Positions 40,179-51,200 are shown, numbered from the stretch's first letter. The stretch is 64,000 nucleotides of DNA from Candidatus Dojkabacteria bacterium (GCA_016931155.1 JAFGFJ010000002.1:385-64384); one strand, 5' to 3'. Notes: generated from the sequence alone by a model not told the origin. Program-made: numbers and translations.

Positions 40179-40658
40179 ATGAAAAAGGAATTATCAAAGC
40201 TTGTTTTATTTGTACCATTAATACTTCTAGGTCTTTGGACGGTCATCTTTATTATTCCATACTACAACTATAGCTTACGCTTAGTATTAATACTTGGACA
40301 TCCGTTTTTGCTTTTCTTTGTACTTTTATCATCTCTTGGATATTTTCTGTTTGCCATAATTAAAAAGAAATTGTATTTATTTGTAATTTCTGTTTGTACA
40401 CTTTTGAGCTTGATAGCTGTTTGGTTTTTCCCTGCATCTGAAGTTAGACAAAATGTTACACAAAGAGTCATAAACGGATATTATTGTTCAAAAGCAGAAA
40501 TTTCAAACCGGGATGTAATTCTTGGTGGTATAACTGTTTCAGTATCAGCAGATCGTGAAGAATCACTTGTTTTTATAAATGAGTCCCACTGTTTGATGAC
40601 AGTTTGTGCAGAAGAGTTGTATTACTGTAATGAAGAAAGACCTATAATTCTCGATTAG
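40179..40658 (+). CDS. Hypothetical membrane protein (cassette cargo)
   Basis: Three TM helices and a Cys-containing C-terminal domain. Confidence 0.65.
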   Translation: MKKELSKLVLFVPLILLGLWTVIFIIPYYNYSLRLVLILGHPFLLFFVLLSSLGYFLFAIIKKKLYLFVISVCTLLSLIAVWFFPASEVRQNVTQRVINGYYCSKAEISNRDVILGGITVSVSADREESLVFINESHCLMTVCAEELYYCNEERPIILD

Positions 40659-41104
40659 TAATTTCATTAAGATCGCTCCTAGAGTCCTACTTTAATATTC
40701 TTCTATCATTTTGCTGCTTATAACAGTAACTGTACAAGATTCGAACCCACTCAACTTTTGCCTTAATCACGTGGCTCGAACCAAATTTGACTTTTCAAAT
40801 ATTGAGGGATCTGGACAACTGGTTAACTTTTTCCACTTCCATCCATTTACAATAATACGCCTACCGACGTTATCTTTTAATTGGAGAGATGATCTTAATC
40901 AGAAATTATTTACAGTTAAGACACATTTCGATAATTAGTATTTAATATTAAAGTATTCTAGAGCTGATATGCCTTTTCGAAATTTTATTTAACTGAATTC
41001 TCGAAAAAGCTTGTTAACTGCGTAAAGAATATTTTTAAAAATCAAATTTCCGTCTAATTTCATTTTGGGGAGAGCTGGCATTGCTCGAACCTTAGGTTTT
41101 ATTA

Positions 41105-41851
41105 TCAAAATCGGATCTGATACATTTTTTGATTCTTATCCCAATAAGCTTCAATTCCATATTTTTTTAATTCTGCAATATGACTACTTACCCATCCATT
41201 CGATTCACCTGATGGTTCTTTGTTTCCATTTGGCTCGTTAATTAAAATAAGTTCACTTTTATCCCAACTATTTAATTCAACAAGTATTGTTTCAATTTCT
41301 TTTATGACCAAAGGTTCATCTATACTGCTACAATTTAATTTAACACCGTTAAAAGCATCTTTAGCACACAGAATGTGAAACGAAGAATCACTAACTGCCT
41401 CTATATTAACTAGTTGTATAATACTTGCATCAGGATTGATATGGTAATGGATTGTTAAAGTGTCTGAATTCAACTCTATGAAGTTTATTCCATTTACTAC
41501 ACTATATTTTTCAATTATTTTATCTGAATTTAAAGATACTAATAATTTACACTTAGTGTCAAAAACATAAATTTTTGAATCTTTTAAAAGATAGGTCTGG
41601 AAAGTATCTTTTACTGAGGGATAGCCTTCAATTACCAGATACTTTTCGTTACTAATTGAATTGGTGACTATAAGACCAGAAGGAACGGTGTTCGCACACT
41701 CATTAATAAACTTTGTGTTCCTAGATTGAGATATATTCTCATTTTCAAAGCTGTTTTGTTTGAAACAAATAAGAATTGCTGATAAAACAAGAAAAATAAA
41801 TATAATAGCTACAATCAGAATTGTTTTGATTTTTGTGATTATTATTTGCAT
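41105..41851 (-). CDS. Hypothetical secreted or membrane-anchored protein (cassette cargo)
   Basis: Long AT-rich ORF with N-terminal TM. Start placed at MQIII. Confidence 0.65.
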   Translation of the reverse strand: MQIIITKIKTILIVAIIFIFLVLSAILICFKQNSFENENISQSRNTKFINECANTVPSGLIVTNSISNEKYLVIEGYPSVKDTFQTYLLKDSKIYVFDTKCKLLVSLNSDKIIEKYSVVNGINFIELNSDTLTIHYHINPDASIIQLVNIEAVSDSSFHILCAKDAFNGVKLNCSSIDEPLVIKEIETILVELNSWDKSELILINEPNGNKEPSGESNGWVSSHIAELKKYGIEAYWDKNQKMYQIRF

Positions 41852-42240
41852 ATGATAAAAATCACTACTTAACACTCGAACCACTGTGTCATATGGTAGA
41901 CCATTGTGTGTCTGTACAATTCCACTGGTTGCGGGAATTGGACAAGGTTCGAACTTTTTTCTATGACCATCCCACTGCTGAGATCATTATACCAACGGTT
42001 TCGTTTGATTGGGGGAAGAGTTATGAGAAGAAGTTATTGTTTTGTGAGTATGAGTAGAATGATGGCTTTCAAGGTCAGTTTTACTCTCTACTTGAACGAT
42101 CCGATTGCATAAATTTCACATATTACTAACAAACACTGTCGGAATAGGATTTATTATCCTGAGGTCTCTTCTACGGTATCAGAATGGCTGTTGGTCAGTG
42201 TTAATTGATAGTCAAGGGTGTCTTGTACAAGGTTCGAACC

Positions 42241-42702
42241 TCAGGATGAGATTTGTGTACAGTGCGATAAATATTCCTTGATAGGCCAAGGTACTTTTAC
42301 CGTTGTTGACCCCACCAGTAAAGTATGGTCTCCAAATACTGATTTTGGACAACCATATACTATGTTTTTCGATCTATGAAGGTATTGATTACTATTCGAG
42401 AAATCTTCTTCAAGAAAAACAAACTCAATCCTGCGACCGTCACATTTGGCATTTATTTGAATCTTATAGTCCCGATCATCAATTTTGGTGTAGTTCTTTT
42501 TTTCCAAGATGTTCTTTAGTTTCTGCTTTTCCGTTTTCAGTATATGAAAGTCAATGTCATGATTAACCTCATCGTCATCAATTATTCCAGAGTCAATTTG
42601 TTCAAGTAAGCCTCTCCCCACCCAGTAGTCTATATTAGAGTCAGATAGTAAGCTAATAATTTCATGAAAACTCTCTCTGATATGTGTTATTTGAATTGTC
42701 AT
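42241..42702 (-). CDS. Nucleotidyltransferase-fold protein (LicD/ANT(2'')-like)
   Basis: YWVGRGLL...HDIDFHI and VKVP....YL motifs. Confidence 0.6.
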   Translation of the reverse strand: MTIQITHIRESFHEIISLLSDSNIDYWVGRGLLEQIDSGIIDDDEVNHDIDFHILKTEKQKLKNILEKKNYTKIDDRDYKIQINAKCDGRRIEFVFLEEDFSNSNQYLHRSKNIVYGCPKSVFGDHTLLVGSTTVKVPWPIKEYLSHCTQISS

Positions 42703-42746
42703 TATTATTAAACTTTATAATTATATTCGATTGTAGGAAAATTGAT

Positions 42747-43874
42747 TTATAGAACTTCTAAAACGCTGAAGATACAGTTTAGAACTGATTGAAGTATTTC
42801 TGTTTGCTTACGCCACATAATTTGTTGACTTGCTATCGTATGAAACGCATAGTTGCGCAATCCATAAGATAAGGTAAAATCTCCAAGGGTAGACTTTTGG
42901 CCTATACAATCTTGAATCCATTTTTCAAAATCGTTATCTCTATCTATTTGTATTTGATTTAAATTTGGAGTTCCTAATTTGTTGTCACTGCTATATTTTT
43001 CGAACAAATTTCCAAATCTATCTAATCTCGGATATTTTTTCTTTAATAGATCTTCTATAGTAATAAGTAATCCGCCGATTACTTGTGCATAAATAAGCGG
43101 TGCAATAACATTCTCACCTTTATTGGATTTCTGAATTCTTCTCAAGCGCCACAATCTAAGCAAAGAGTAAACAAAAAAGTATTTGATCTCGAGATATTCA
43201 TCTAATCTTTGGTCTAGAAACTTCATTCTCAAATCAGAATACTCAAGACTTCCGCTTCTCTCCGTTTGATAGTGCTGCTTGTACTTACCATTTTCATTTC
43301 CCTTTCCATCCAATCTGTCACGAAGAAAACCCAGCATATACTTGGTGTGATCTGAAATATATTGTTTTTCATCTGGATTTAATGAAAGGAAAAGATTTGC
43401 GGGTAAGTCATGCCATTTCTTATGATGGTTGCGATCTTCGGTTAATGCAAGATGCATAAAAATTGATCCTGCATCAACATCAAACTGACTTATACTAGCA
43501 ACAGCAATGAAATAATAAGGAGTTCCAAGATGAAGTTCAAGTTTGTAATCATTCCTCCATTTCTCTGCCCAGATGATTAATCTCTGCCAAAGCTCATATG
43601 CATATTTATTCTTTCTGTTTTTAATCAAATTTTGACTTACTGGTGTGAAGTTGCTGAAAATTGCATCACTGGTGGATGTTAATTCATCTTCAGCGATATC
43701 ACTTAAAGTTTTACCAATCTTGTCAAGGAAACGATCTTCAACATTAATTATCTTGTCCCTAAAATAAGACTGATAGAATTTTGTAAATTCGTCAGTCAAA
43801 TCCTCATTGATATAATCAAACTCTTCAATTGCGAAATAGCCTGTAAGGGGGATTTTTAAAGTAATTTTTTTCAT
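42747..43874 (-). CDS. Hypothetical protein (cassette cargo)
   Basis: 375-aa ORF, predicted helical, with C-terminal LRNYAFH (R-x4-H) motif. Confidence 0.65.
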   Translation of the reverse strand: MKKITLKIPLTGYFAIEEFDYINEDLTDEFTKFYQSYFRDKIINVEDRFLDKIGKTLSDIAEDELTSTSDAIFSNFTPVSQNLIKNRKNKYAYELWQRLIIWAEKWRNDYKLELHLGTPYYFIAVASISQFDVDAGSIFMHLALTEDRNHHKKWHDLPANLFLSLNPDEKQYISDHTKYMLGFLRDRLDGKGNENGKYKQHYQTERSGSLEYSDLRMKFLDQRLDEYLEIKYFFVYSLLRLWRLRRIQKSNKGENVIAPLIYAQVIGGLLITIEDLLKKKYPRLDRFGNLFEKYSSDNKLGTPNLNQIQIDRDNDFEKWIQDCIGQKSTLGDFTLSYGLRNYAFHTIASQQIMWRKQTEILQSVLNCIFSVLEVL

Positions 43875-43983
43875 GTCTGTTACAAAACGATAATATGGCA
43901 GTTTAGCCTATTTTTATGTGGCTCGAACCACTTTTTGCGTTTCAAAATATGGCGTATAGACTATAGCGTACACGCCTAGTCAT

Positions 43984-44054
43984 TTGGGGGACCAGGATTC
44001 GAACCTGAATTCACGGCTTCAAAGGCCGCTGTCCTACCATTAGACGATCCCCCA
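43984..44054 (-). tRNA. tRNA-Gln(TTG), CCA not encoded
   Basis: TGGGGGA/TCCCCCA acceptor, GCGGC-CTTTGAA-GCCGT anticodon arm and CAGG-TTCGAAT-CCTG T-arm. Confidence 0.95.
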
Positions 44055-44288
44055 ATTCTACAAACCCAGACTGAGGGGAATTATACCATCTCACACCTGT
44101 CTTGCTAAACTTTTCATTTTGCTCTTCAGTTTGTACACAATTTTATACAGACAATTTACTCGATTATTCCCTGATCTTCAAAACCGTCTCTATCATTCTT
44201 TGAAGTAAATTTAATAGCTTCAAAATCTTTTCTCCCCCTTGAAAAACTTTCTTTCAGATGACATTATTAAAAAGCTATTGCCTTTGCC

Positions 44289-45521
44289 ATGAATAAAGAA
44301 AAAATCCTCTTAATCACTCCTGGAATCAGAAACAGTCGCGGTCACGAAATACATGGTTATGCGATCAATCACGCACTCAGGCAGTACAGGCACATAGAAA
44401 TGAGAAGGCTCAAAGAGCTTGATAAATCAATTCTCGGAAGACTATTGATATGGCCGGCAGTTGAAATTATGAAGACTTTAATCGCACAGTTTCCAATGCT
44501 CAGTTTTGACGAAGCGGCAAGAGGAACTTCAAATAAAAAGTATAAGGTCGGGATAAGCACCATTCTTCTCGGCAGAGGGCTTGTTAAATTTTTCAAGAAG
44601 AATCCGTTTTACCAAAAGATTCCGGTTGTAAGTTCCCATTATGCGGCGATTGCCGCAGGAAAAAAAACAGGACTTAAGAAATTATTGATAATCGGACCGG
44701 ATTTTTTTCCACATCCCCAAACCGCAATCCCAGACGTTGTCATCACCTCCCCGGGCAAAGTATTCACTGATGAACTTCTCAAACTCGGGGTAAAAAAAGA
44801 AAATATAAGGGAAATCGGAGTAATACTTACACCAAAAGCGGAAGAAAATGCGAAAAAATACATTGAAGTAAGAAAAAAAGTAGCCTTGACTAAAAAAAAT
44901 CCGATGCATATTTTAATTACAATGGGTGGGGCAGGGCCTGAAACAAATGAAGTCATTGAAACAGTACAAAAGCTGAAAGAACTGATACTTGCTGGGCATC
45001 AACTATGTTCAATAAGCGTAGTCGTTGGCGACAATAGACCTGACCGGGTGAGACTCAGAAAAAAACTTATGAACATAATTCAAAATCAGATACTTGAAGA
45101 TACAAAAGGCCGTGGCTTTAGAGTATTTGGCGGAAAGAAAGGTTTTACAAAAAAAGACGAAGTCAAAAAAACGTGGGAGCTTGTAGCAAGCTCTATAGAA
45201 ACAAATGGGCTCCCTCCTGTTGACCTGATGTTTACAAGACCAAACGATATGTCACTTATCTCTACAGCAATGGGAATTCCAACCATTCTATACAAGGCCT
45301 GTGGCAGTCATGAAAAAAAGGCGGAGCATTATCTGACCAATTCTGCAAAGTTTTCAATTCCTTTTCAGAGATGGAAGAAAATAAAGCAGACAGGTGAGAT
45401 AATTGACCTCGGCAATCCACTTGAGGCTGCATTTATAATGAAGAGTAGGGGACTGATAAAGTCCGATTCAGGAGGAAATTTGATTGAAGTGATAAACGAA
45501 CTTTGCACAGACTTGAAATAA
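44289..45521 (+). CDS. GT-B glycosyltransferase-like protein (MGDG synthase/MurG-like)
   Basis: GH near the N-terminus, SSHY, PDF, ILITMGGAG and DLMFTRP...MGIP...HE motifs. Confidence 0.6.
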   Translation: MNKEKILLITPGIRNSRGHEIHGYAINHALRQYRHIEMRRLKELDKSILGRLLIWPAVEIMKTLIAQFPMLSFDEAARGTSNKKYKVGISTILLGRGLVKFFKKNPFYQKIPVVSSHYAAIAAGKKTGLKKLLIIGPDFFPHPQTAIPDVVITSPGKVFTDELLKLGVKKENIREIGVILTPKAEENAKKYIEVRKKVALTKKNPMHILITMGGAGPETNEVIETVQKLKELILAGHQLCSISVVVGDNRPDRVRLRKKLMNIIQNQILEDTKGRGFRVFGGKKGFTKKDEVKKTWELVASSIETNGLPPVDLMFTRPNDMSLISTAMGIPTILYKACGSHEKKAEHYLTNSAKFSIPFQRWKKIKQTGEIIDLGNPLEAAFIMKSRGLIKSDSGGNLIEVINELCTDLK

Positions 45522-45629
45522 TCAACCAAAAGATCCTCAAAAAATATATCCTCTAATTGCCTGACAGGAACAATCTACGAATTCATGATTGTCCGCTTGA
45601 AAAAAACTCAGCTCAGCTACCAGGAGAAC

Positions 45630-46841
45630 CTAAAACCCACTATCATCTTCACCGCCAAGCCTCCAATATGCAACACCTCCTATCCCGAACTCTGCAGCCA
45701 TTTCTCTCCTTGCTTTTACTCCGCTTCCACTCATATAAAAAATGATCCCTTGGGAACCATTTTTGTCATATTCAAGAATTACTTCTCCAAGCCCATCATC
45801 TTTGTACTCATTATAAGAGTAATTCTTTTTTATCTGAATAATATCGGAATATTCATGTGCATTGACCTGTATTTTCTCCTCCAGTGGATTTCCGAAAATA
45901 TCCAGATTGCGATTATATTTTTCATTTACCCACTCATATCCGTAAAGATGCACACCCAGAACAATTTTCCCACGAGGGATTTCATCCACAGCATATTGAA
46001 GAATTTCATACATCCACGAAATTGGACCGATAGGTCCCGGGTAGCGCGAATTTGTCGAAGTGTAATCGTAGGCCATGATTCTTATCTCATCAACATATTT
46101 GGAAAGTTCACGCCAGTTCTGCGCCTCACGTGTTTGCTTCAGAGAGGGATATTCTATTCCGTTCCCCCACTTTGACAAAACATCTATAGTAAGAATTTTA
46201 TTCCTTTTTTTAAGCTCACCGGAAAGCTCTTCTATAAATTTCAAAAACAGTTCTTTGTCAACAAGCTCAATAGACTCGTAATCAATATCAATCCCGTCAT
46301 AATCATTTTCATCAACCACTTTTAAAATACCTGTAATATGCCTCTGATAATTCTCTTCTGAATTCAGGACGGACTTAATAATGTTAAAGTCGAACATACC
46401 AATAGTAGGAATTAGATTTATATTGTTTTCTTTTACAAACTGTCCCAGCTTTGCGTGGGAGGCTCTTTTATGGCTTATGAGCGAACCATCAGCCTTGAGC
46501 GAATACCAGACAGGCGAAACCGAGTCAAACTTTTCTTTATTCTTGACAAGGCTTTCATAACCACGGTCAAAATCCCAGTAGGGAATCCAGGCCGACTGAC
46601 TGATCTCTTCTACACCTTTTGAATAATTCTGTTCTTCCCCCCTTCTATTTTCTTGTCCTTTTTCCTGTCCTATGTCATTTTCACCATCTCCTTCGATCAT
46701 GTCGGTTTGACCGGAATTCTCATTTTTTTGTGTAATTTGATAGACAGGATATTTCAAAAGAAAGAAATAAACAGCCAAAGCTGAAAGAACAATGAAGAAA
46801 ACAATGAAAAGGATAATAATTATTTTTTTCCTCAGTTTCAT
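45630..46841 (-). CDS. GH18 glycoside hydrolase, membrane-anchored
   Basis: YDGIDIDYE, IMAYD, PGP and GVAYWRLGGED motifs. Confidence 0.88.
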   Translation of the reverse strand: MKLRKKIIIILFIVFFIVLSALAVYFFLLKYPVYQITQKNENSGQTDMIEGDGENDIGQEKGQENRRGEEQNYSKGVEEISQSAWIPYWDFDRGYESLVKNKEKFDSVSPVWYSLKADGSLISHKRASHAKLGQFVKENNINLIPTIGMFDFNIIKSVLNSEENYQRHITGILKVVDENDYDGIDIDYESIELVDKELFLKFIEELSGELKKRNKILTIDVLSKWGNGIEYPSLKQTREAQNWRELSKYVDEIRIMAYDYTSTNSRYPGPIGPISWMYEILQYAVDEIPRGKIVLGVHLYGYEWVNEKYNRNLDIFGNPLEEKIQVNAHEYSDIIQIKKNYSYNEYKDDGLGEVILEYDKNGSQGIIFYMSGSGVKARREMAAEFGIGGVAYWRLGGEDDSGF

Positions 46842-46998
46842 TAAAATGAATTGAAGTAAATTTCTACAGATTATACCAGAATCTCTTGAAATCTCTGCGA
46901 GAACATCGTTGAAGCATTATTAATGACCGGAAAGCCTGCAGCAAGGAATATTTTTGATCCTGACCTCTTCGTGCTAATATTTACAGACAAATTCAATA

Positions 46999-47637
46999 AT
47001 GAAAAAGATTTATTTACTGACAATACTGATTTTTTCCGCTTTGCTTTTGTCCGCTTGTAAACCAAATTACCTTCAGGAGAACAATCAAAGTTCTAGCAGT
47101 GAAGAGCAGGGTAGTTCAAATATTAATTCAGAGGAAAACGCAATGAAAAATAATAAATACAGTGAGGCTCCCGAAGTACTGCCCGAGTCTGAGAGACTCA
47201 ATAAAAAAATCGTTATGAAAACAAATAAGGGAATAATTGAGATTGAGTTGTTCGGAGAAAAGGCTCCTCTTACTGTTAGCAACTTCATTTTTCTTGTAGA
47301 AGACAAATATTATGATGGTCTTACTTTTCACAGAGTTGATAAGAGTATCAATATTATCCAGGGTGGAGATCCTTTGGGGACTGGAGCGGGAGGCCCCGGT
47401 TACACAATCGCTGAAGAACCGCCTGCAAGTGGTGATGATTACAAAGAGGGGATAGTTGCTATGGCAAAGACATCGGCTCCACATTCAACCGGCTCGCAGT
47501 TTTTCATAATGACAGGGGATTTTGGTGGATTCAGTCCGGACTATTCAATTTTTGGAAAAGTCATCAGCGGAATAGATGTAGTAAAAAGCATTGGAGTAGG
47601 GGACGTAATGGATGAGGTTCGTGTTGAAAATTTGTAA
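46999..47637 (+). CDS. Cyclophilin-type peptidyl-prolyl isomerase, lipoprotein
   Basis: Lipobox LSAC, AP.TV.NF, FHRV, QGGDP and GSQFFI motifs. Confidence 0.92.
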   Translation: MKKIYLLTILIFSALLLSACKPNYLQENNQSSSSEEQGSSNINSEENAMKNNKYSEAPEVLPESERLNKKIVMKTNKGIIEIELFGEKAPLTVSNFIFLVEDKYYDGLTFHRVDKSINIIQGGDPLGTGAGGPGYTIAEEPPASGDDYKEGIVAMAKTSAPHSTGSQFFIMTGDFGGFSPDYSIFGKVISGIDVVKSIGVGDVMDEVRVENL

Positions 47638-47766
47638 TGATTATAAAGTTCAGTAAATAACAAATCTCAAGCTTTCATCAGTAAGGCAATATCCATAAAA
47701 GAGATTCTTTGGAGCAGGTTCTTTGTGAGGAAGCTTTTGTCCAAAGCCAATTTCTTCGCCTCCCGA

Positions 47767-48141
47767 TTACGCCACCTTATTTTCAAAAGACTGTTGTCGA
47801 GGAAGATCAGGAGGTCTATCCGGATTGTCATCGTCAAATCCTTCTGGGATTTCGTAACCATTTGTCCTTAGAAATTCCCTTGCTTCATCAAGAAGCCAAT
47901 AATATACCGCTACCTCACAAAATTCTATTATCTTTTCTGAATCAAATTCCCTCGGTCTTACTGAAAAGCGTTTTTTCACAAGCATTTCTTCATCTCTGCC
48001 AGTGGGGATGTTGACTATACTTATAGTTACTGGTACTTCTCCCTCAGTAACAATAAAAAGCTGGAACTTTTGTCCAAATTCACAAGGACTAGGTCTTCTC
48101 AAGTCTTCGAGTATACCAGGTTTTCTCAAGTCTTCAGACAT
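47767..48141 (-). CDS. Hypothetical protein
   Basis: 124-aa ORF with protein-like composition filling the gap. Confidence 0.55.
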   Translation of the reverse strand: MSEDLRKPGILEDLRRPSPCEFGQKFQLFIVTEGEVPVTISIVNIPTGRDEEMLVKKRFSVRPREFDSEKIIEFCEVAVYYWLLDEAREFLRTNGYEIPEGFDDDNPDRPPDLPRQQSFENKVA

Positions 48142-48256
48142 ATTCTATAATGGTAAAATAATTGGCTCCGACTTTAGCACAAAATGCATACCTAGTCTAG
48201 GGGATCAAAATCCTTTATAGTATAATGTCAAAGCGTTTAATTATTAGGCAAGAAAT

Positions 48257-51200
48257 TTGGGAATCCCGGGAGAAACACCACAGAAAAAAGAAAAAAAAGG
48301 AAAGAGGCAGAGTGCTTTCATGAGAGCGCTTAGCAGAATATTGAATATTTCCGCCGGAGAAACGAGAAAGACCAGAGAAGAGCTGGCAAAAGCTCTTACT
48401 GAGGGAAAAGACATAGAAAGAATCTATAAAGATAAACTAAAAGTCAAAGAAGCGGACAAAGGGAAAGAAAAACTCCCCCCAATCAGGGAAAGAATAAGGA
48501 AAGCCAGTGTTGATGCCGCAGTACGTCTGCTTCGAATAGATCCCAGACAAAAAATCGATGCTGTCAAATTCAAGGAGGAGATGGCCAGACAAAATATCGA
48601 CAGATCAACAGAGGGAGTACCTCAGGGAGCGTTTAGAAAAGCCCTCGCTGAAAAAGCACGGAAAACAGAGGCTGAAATCAGACAAGTAGAAAGAGCCGAG
48701 ATGGTTAAGGCCATAATAGTTAGAGAGAGCGGAAATGAAAAAGTCGACTTTGGAATAAGAGCAAACATTGAAGGTAGAAATATCGTAGTAAACCTCGATC
48801 AGAAGAAAGGAGATGATGAGCTTGATATAATAGAGAATGAGGAGAAAGAATACATCGATAAAAATCCAGATATTGAGAATAACGATAAAGAAGAAAGAAA
48901 GTCCAGGGTAAACAAAGAAATCGATCTTCTTAGAGAAATAAGGAAATTGAGGAAAGAAATAAAAAGCCCGGACAGCCGTGAAGTTGAAGCAATAATCGAA
49001 AAAGTTGAAGATTTTTTGAAGGAATCAAAGGAAGCGGGTCAAGAAACAGTGCTTCTCGAGGAGATGATAGATACTTTCGATCTTGATGAAATAACCAGAA
49101 AACAGGTGCATATTTCGGTTATTTCAAAAGTAGAGGGACTACAAAGAAATGCTTCTTCGAAAGAATACGAAAAAATACAGCGACAAACTGAACGCAAACC
49201 ACTTCACACACAACTTCTCGAACTATCCGCAGACAAGCTTGTTGCGAAACACAATCAAGCATGTAGCTTCTATATAGATGACTACGAAGATACATCAGCA
49301 GAAGGATCATCGAAAGCAGGGGAGGAAATAATTCCTGAGGAAAAGCGCAGGGAAAAGGACACAAAGCTTAGAGGAATTGTAAACACAGCTATCGACTCTT
49401 ACAATCAAACTCTACTTGAAGAAAATAACACTGGGAGAAAATTCGAACCTGCAGACCTTTATGAAAAAAATACAATCCTGCAGATCCCGGGCGGAGTAGC
49501 TATAGTTACATCTGATGCCGGGCAGTTTGCACGGCTGGTGAATATGGGTGAAGATCACGAGGCTATAGCAAAAAACCTTGAAGAACAACCGGTTGCGGGA
49601 GCCTATCTTAAAGGAAGGCTCGCAAACTCAATAAAAGAGAAAGGTTATGAAGGAGACGTGATCATAATCTACGCAAAAGAAGCTGAGGACGAGGATGGTG
49701 GAACGAAGGGTATAGAAAATAAATGGTATGAGCGGGACTTAAAAGACAGCGAAACCTCAAAACTTATATATCACGAAATAGAGCACTTGCTTCAGCAGAG
49801 AAATCTGGAAGCTATAGAAGACTTGCATTCGGGATCAGATGCAGTTTTGGAAGAATACTTTGAAAACAGCAATCAAGCAAGACACAAAAACCTCTTTGCA
49901 ATTTACAAAGACATAATAACGAACAGAAAGAATAGCAAATATTTCAAACAAGCACCTGATGATCCAATTTTTAAAATACTTGCGGAAGGGAATATAACAA
50001 AGGAGGCAGGGATACACCAGCTGGTATCGCTGTATTACGGCTCAAAAGGAATCGAGTTTGACGCTCTGACATCAGTAGAAAGACGTGGACGCATATTCGA
50101 GGAAGCTCCAGGCTGGAAAGGCGGAAAAATTGATGCAGGCAGGGTCTTTGAACTGGCCGCACTACCGGATAATCAAAGAAAAATCATGACACAGGAAGGT
50201 GAGACAAGTATTGAAGTTGACCCATGGGAGAATATAGCCAAAGAAAATCCATTACTACAAGCAGTATATTTCAGAGAAATCACTTCTGATAAAGCAAAAA
50301 TAATCTATAGTGATTTTGACAGTCCTGAAAAGCTTATGATGATCAAGGACGAGATTGATAGCTTGATGAAGACCAATAAACTTACTTCCATCTCACAGCT
50401 GATCCACAAAATCAGTGCCGGAGAAGTCACCCTCAGTGAAAACTCTGAACTCAATAAACTTGAGCTGATAAAAATGCTCAAGGTCAAAGGAAATGATCTT
50501 AAGTTTGTTAAGAGAGCCTCAGAAATTTTAGGCAGTTTCTTTAAAGATACTGAAACAAGGGACGCTCTATTTGAATACTCTGCAATACTGACCGGAGGAA
50601 AAATGGCCTTTGGAGAAGGGCTTATGAATCCCGAAGACCAACATAATCAACCGCTGATTGCTCTTTACAAAAGTGTTCTAGGCGAAAAAAGCAATGGTCC
50701 CGGGGATCTTAGCCTGAGAAGGCTTTACCTCCAGACACCCGAAGGAGAAATCCCGGAAGAGCATATAAAGCTTTTTAAATTTATGATTGCGGTAGATATG
50801 ATTCTACAGAGATCAGGAAATCTTAGTACTGAGGAATTAGACGCAAACAGAAGGCACATTGCATCCATGATTTACACTGATTACAACAAGGGGACAGATT
50901 ACCTTCTTCAAAGGCTCACAGACCTTACAGAATTGACTGGATCCCTCAGCAAAGAAGAGCTCAAAAAAATCGAAGAAGGCCTGCAAAGTATCATACAAAA
51001 TAAATCAAAGGCAGATCCCGGTTTTCTTAAAAAAATACTCTACGGGGATGAGACGAAATATCTAATACCATACAATCCCGATGTCGACTTTTCAGTTTTT
51101 CCGACCGAAAGGTACATAAAAGATATTTTGGGAGCAGGACATCCCGCCGCGGCTATTGACATAGTAGACGCTCTGCAGAGAGTATATGCCATGCCATTTG

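Larger units (their letters stand above)
39808..44005. mobile_element. Tandem array of integrase-less cassettes at the 3' end of tRNA-Gln
   Basis: 27-bp sites resembling TTGGGGGAACTGGACAAGATTCGAACC start near 39808, 40103, 40721, 40802 (degenerate), 41065, 41929 and 42214. Short CTCGAACCA sites lie near 40775, 41875 and 43922. All are co-oriented with the antisense tRNA end TTGGGGGACCAGGATTCGAACC. Confidence 0.7.

Noticed and set aside
39808-43930. CRISPR array or classical integron attC array
   Set aside because: The repeats are degenerate and hundreds to thousands of bases apart, lack attC inverted-repeat structure, and there is no cas or intI gene.
44055-44288. Gln-rich leader upstream of tRNA-Gln
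   Set aside because: Only an extended -10 (TGGTATAAT) about 25 nt upstream, with no uORF or terminator seen.
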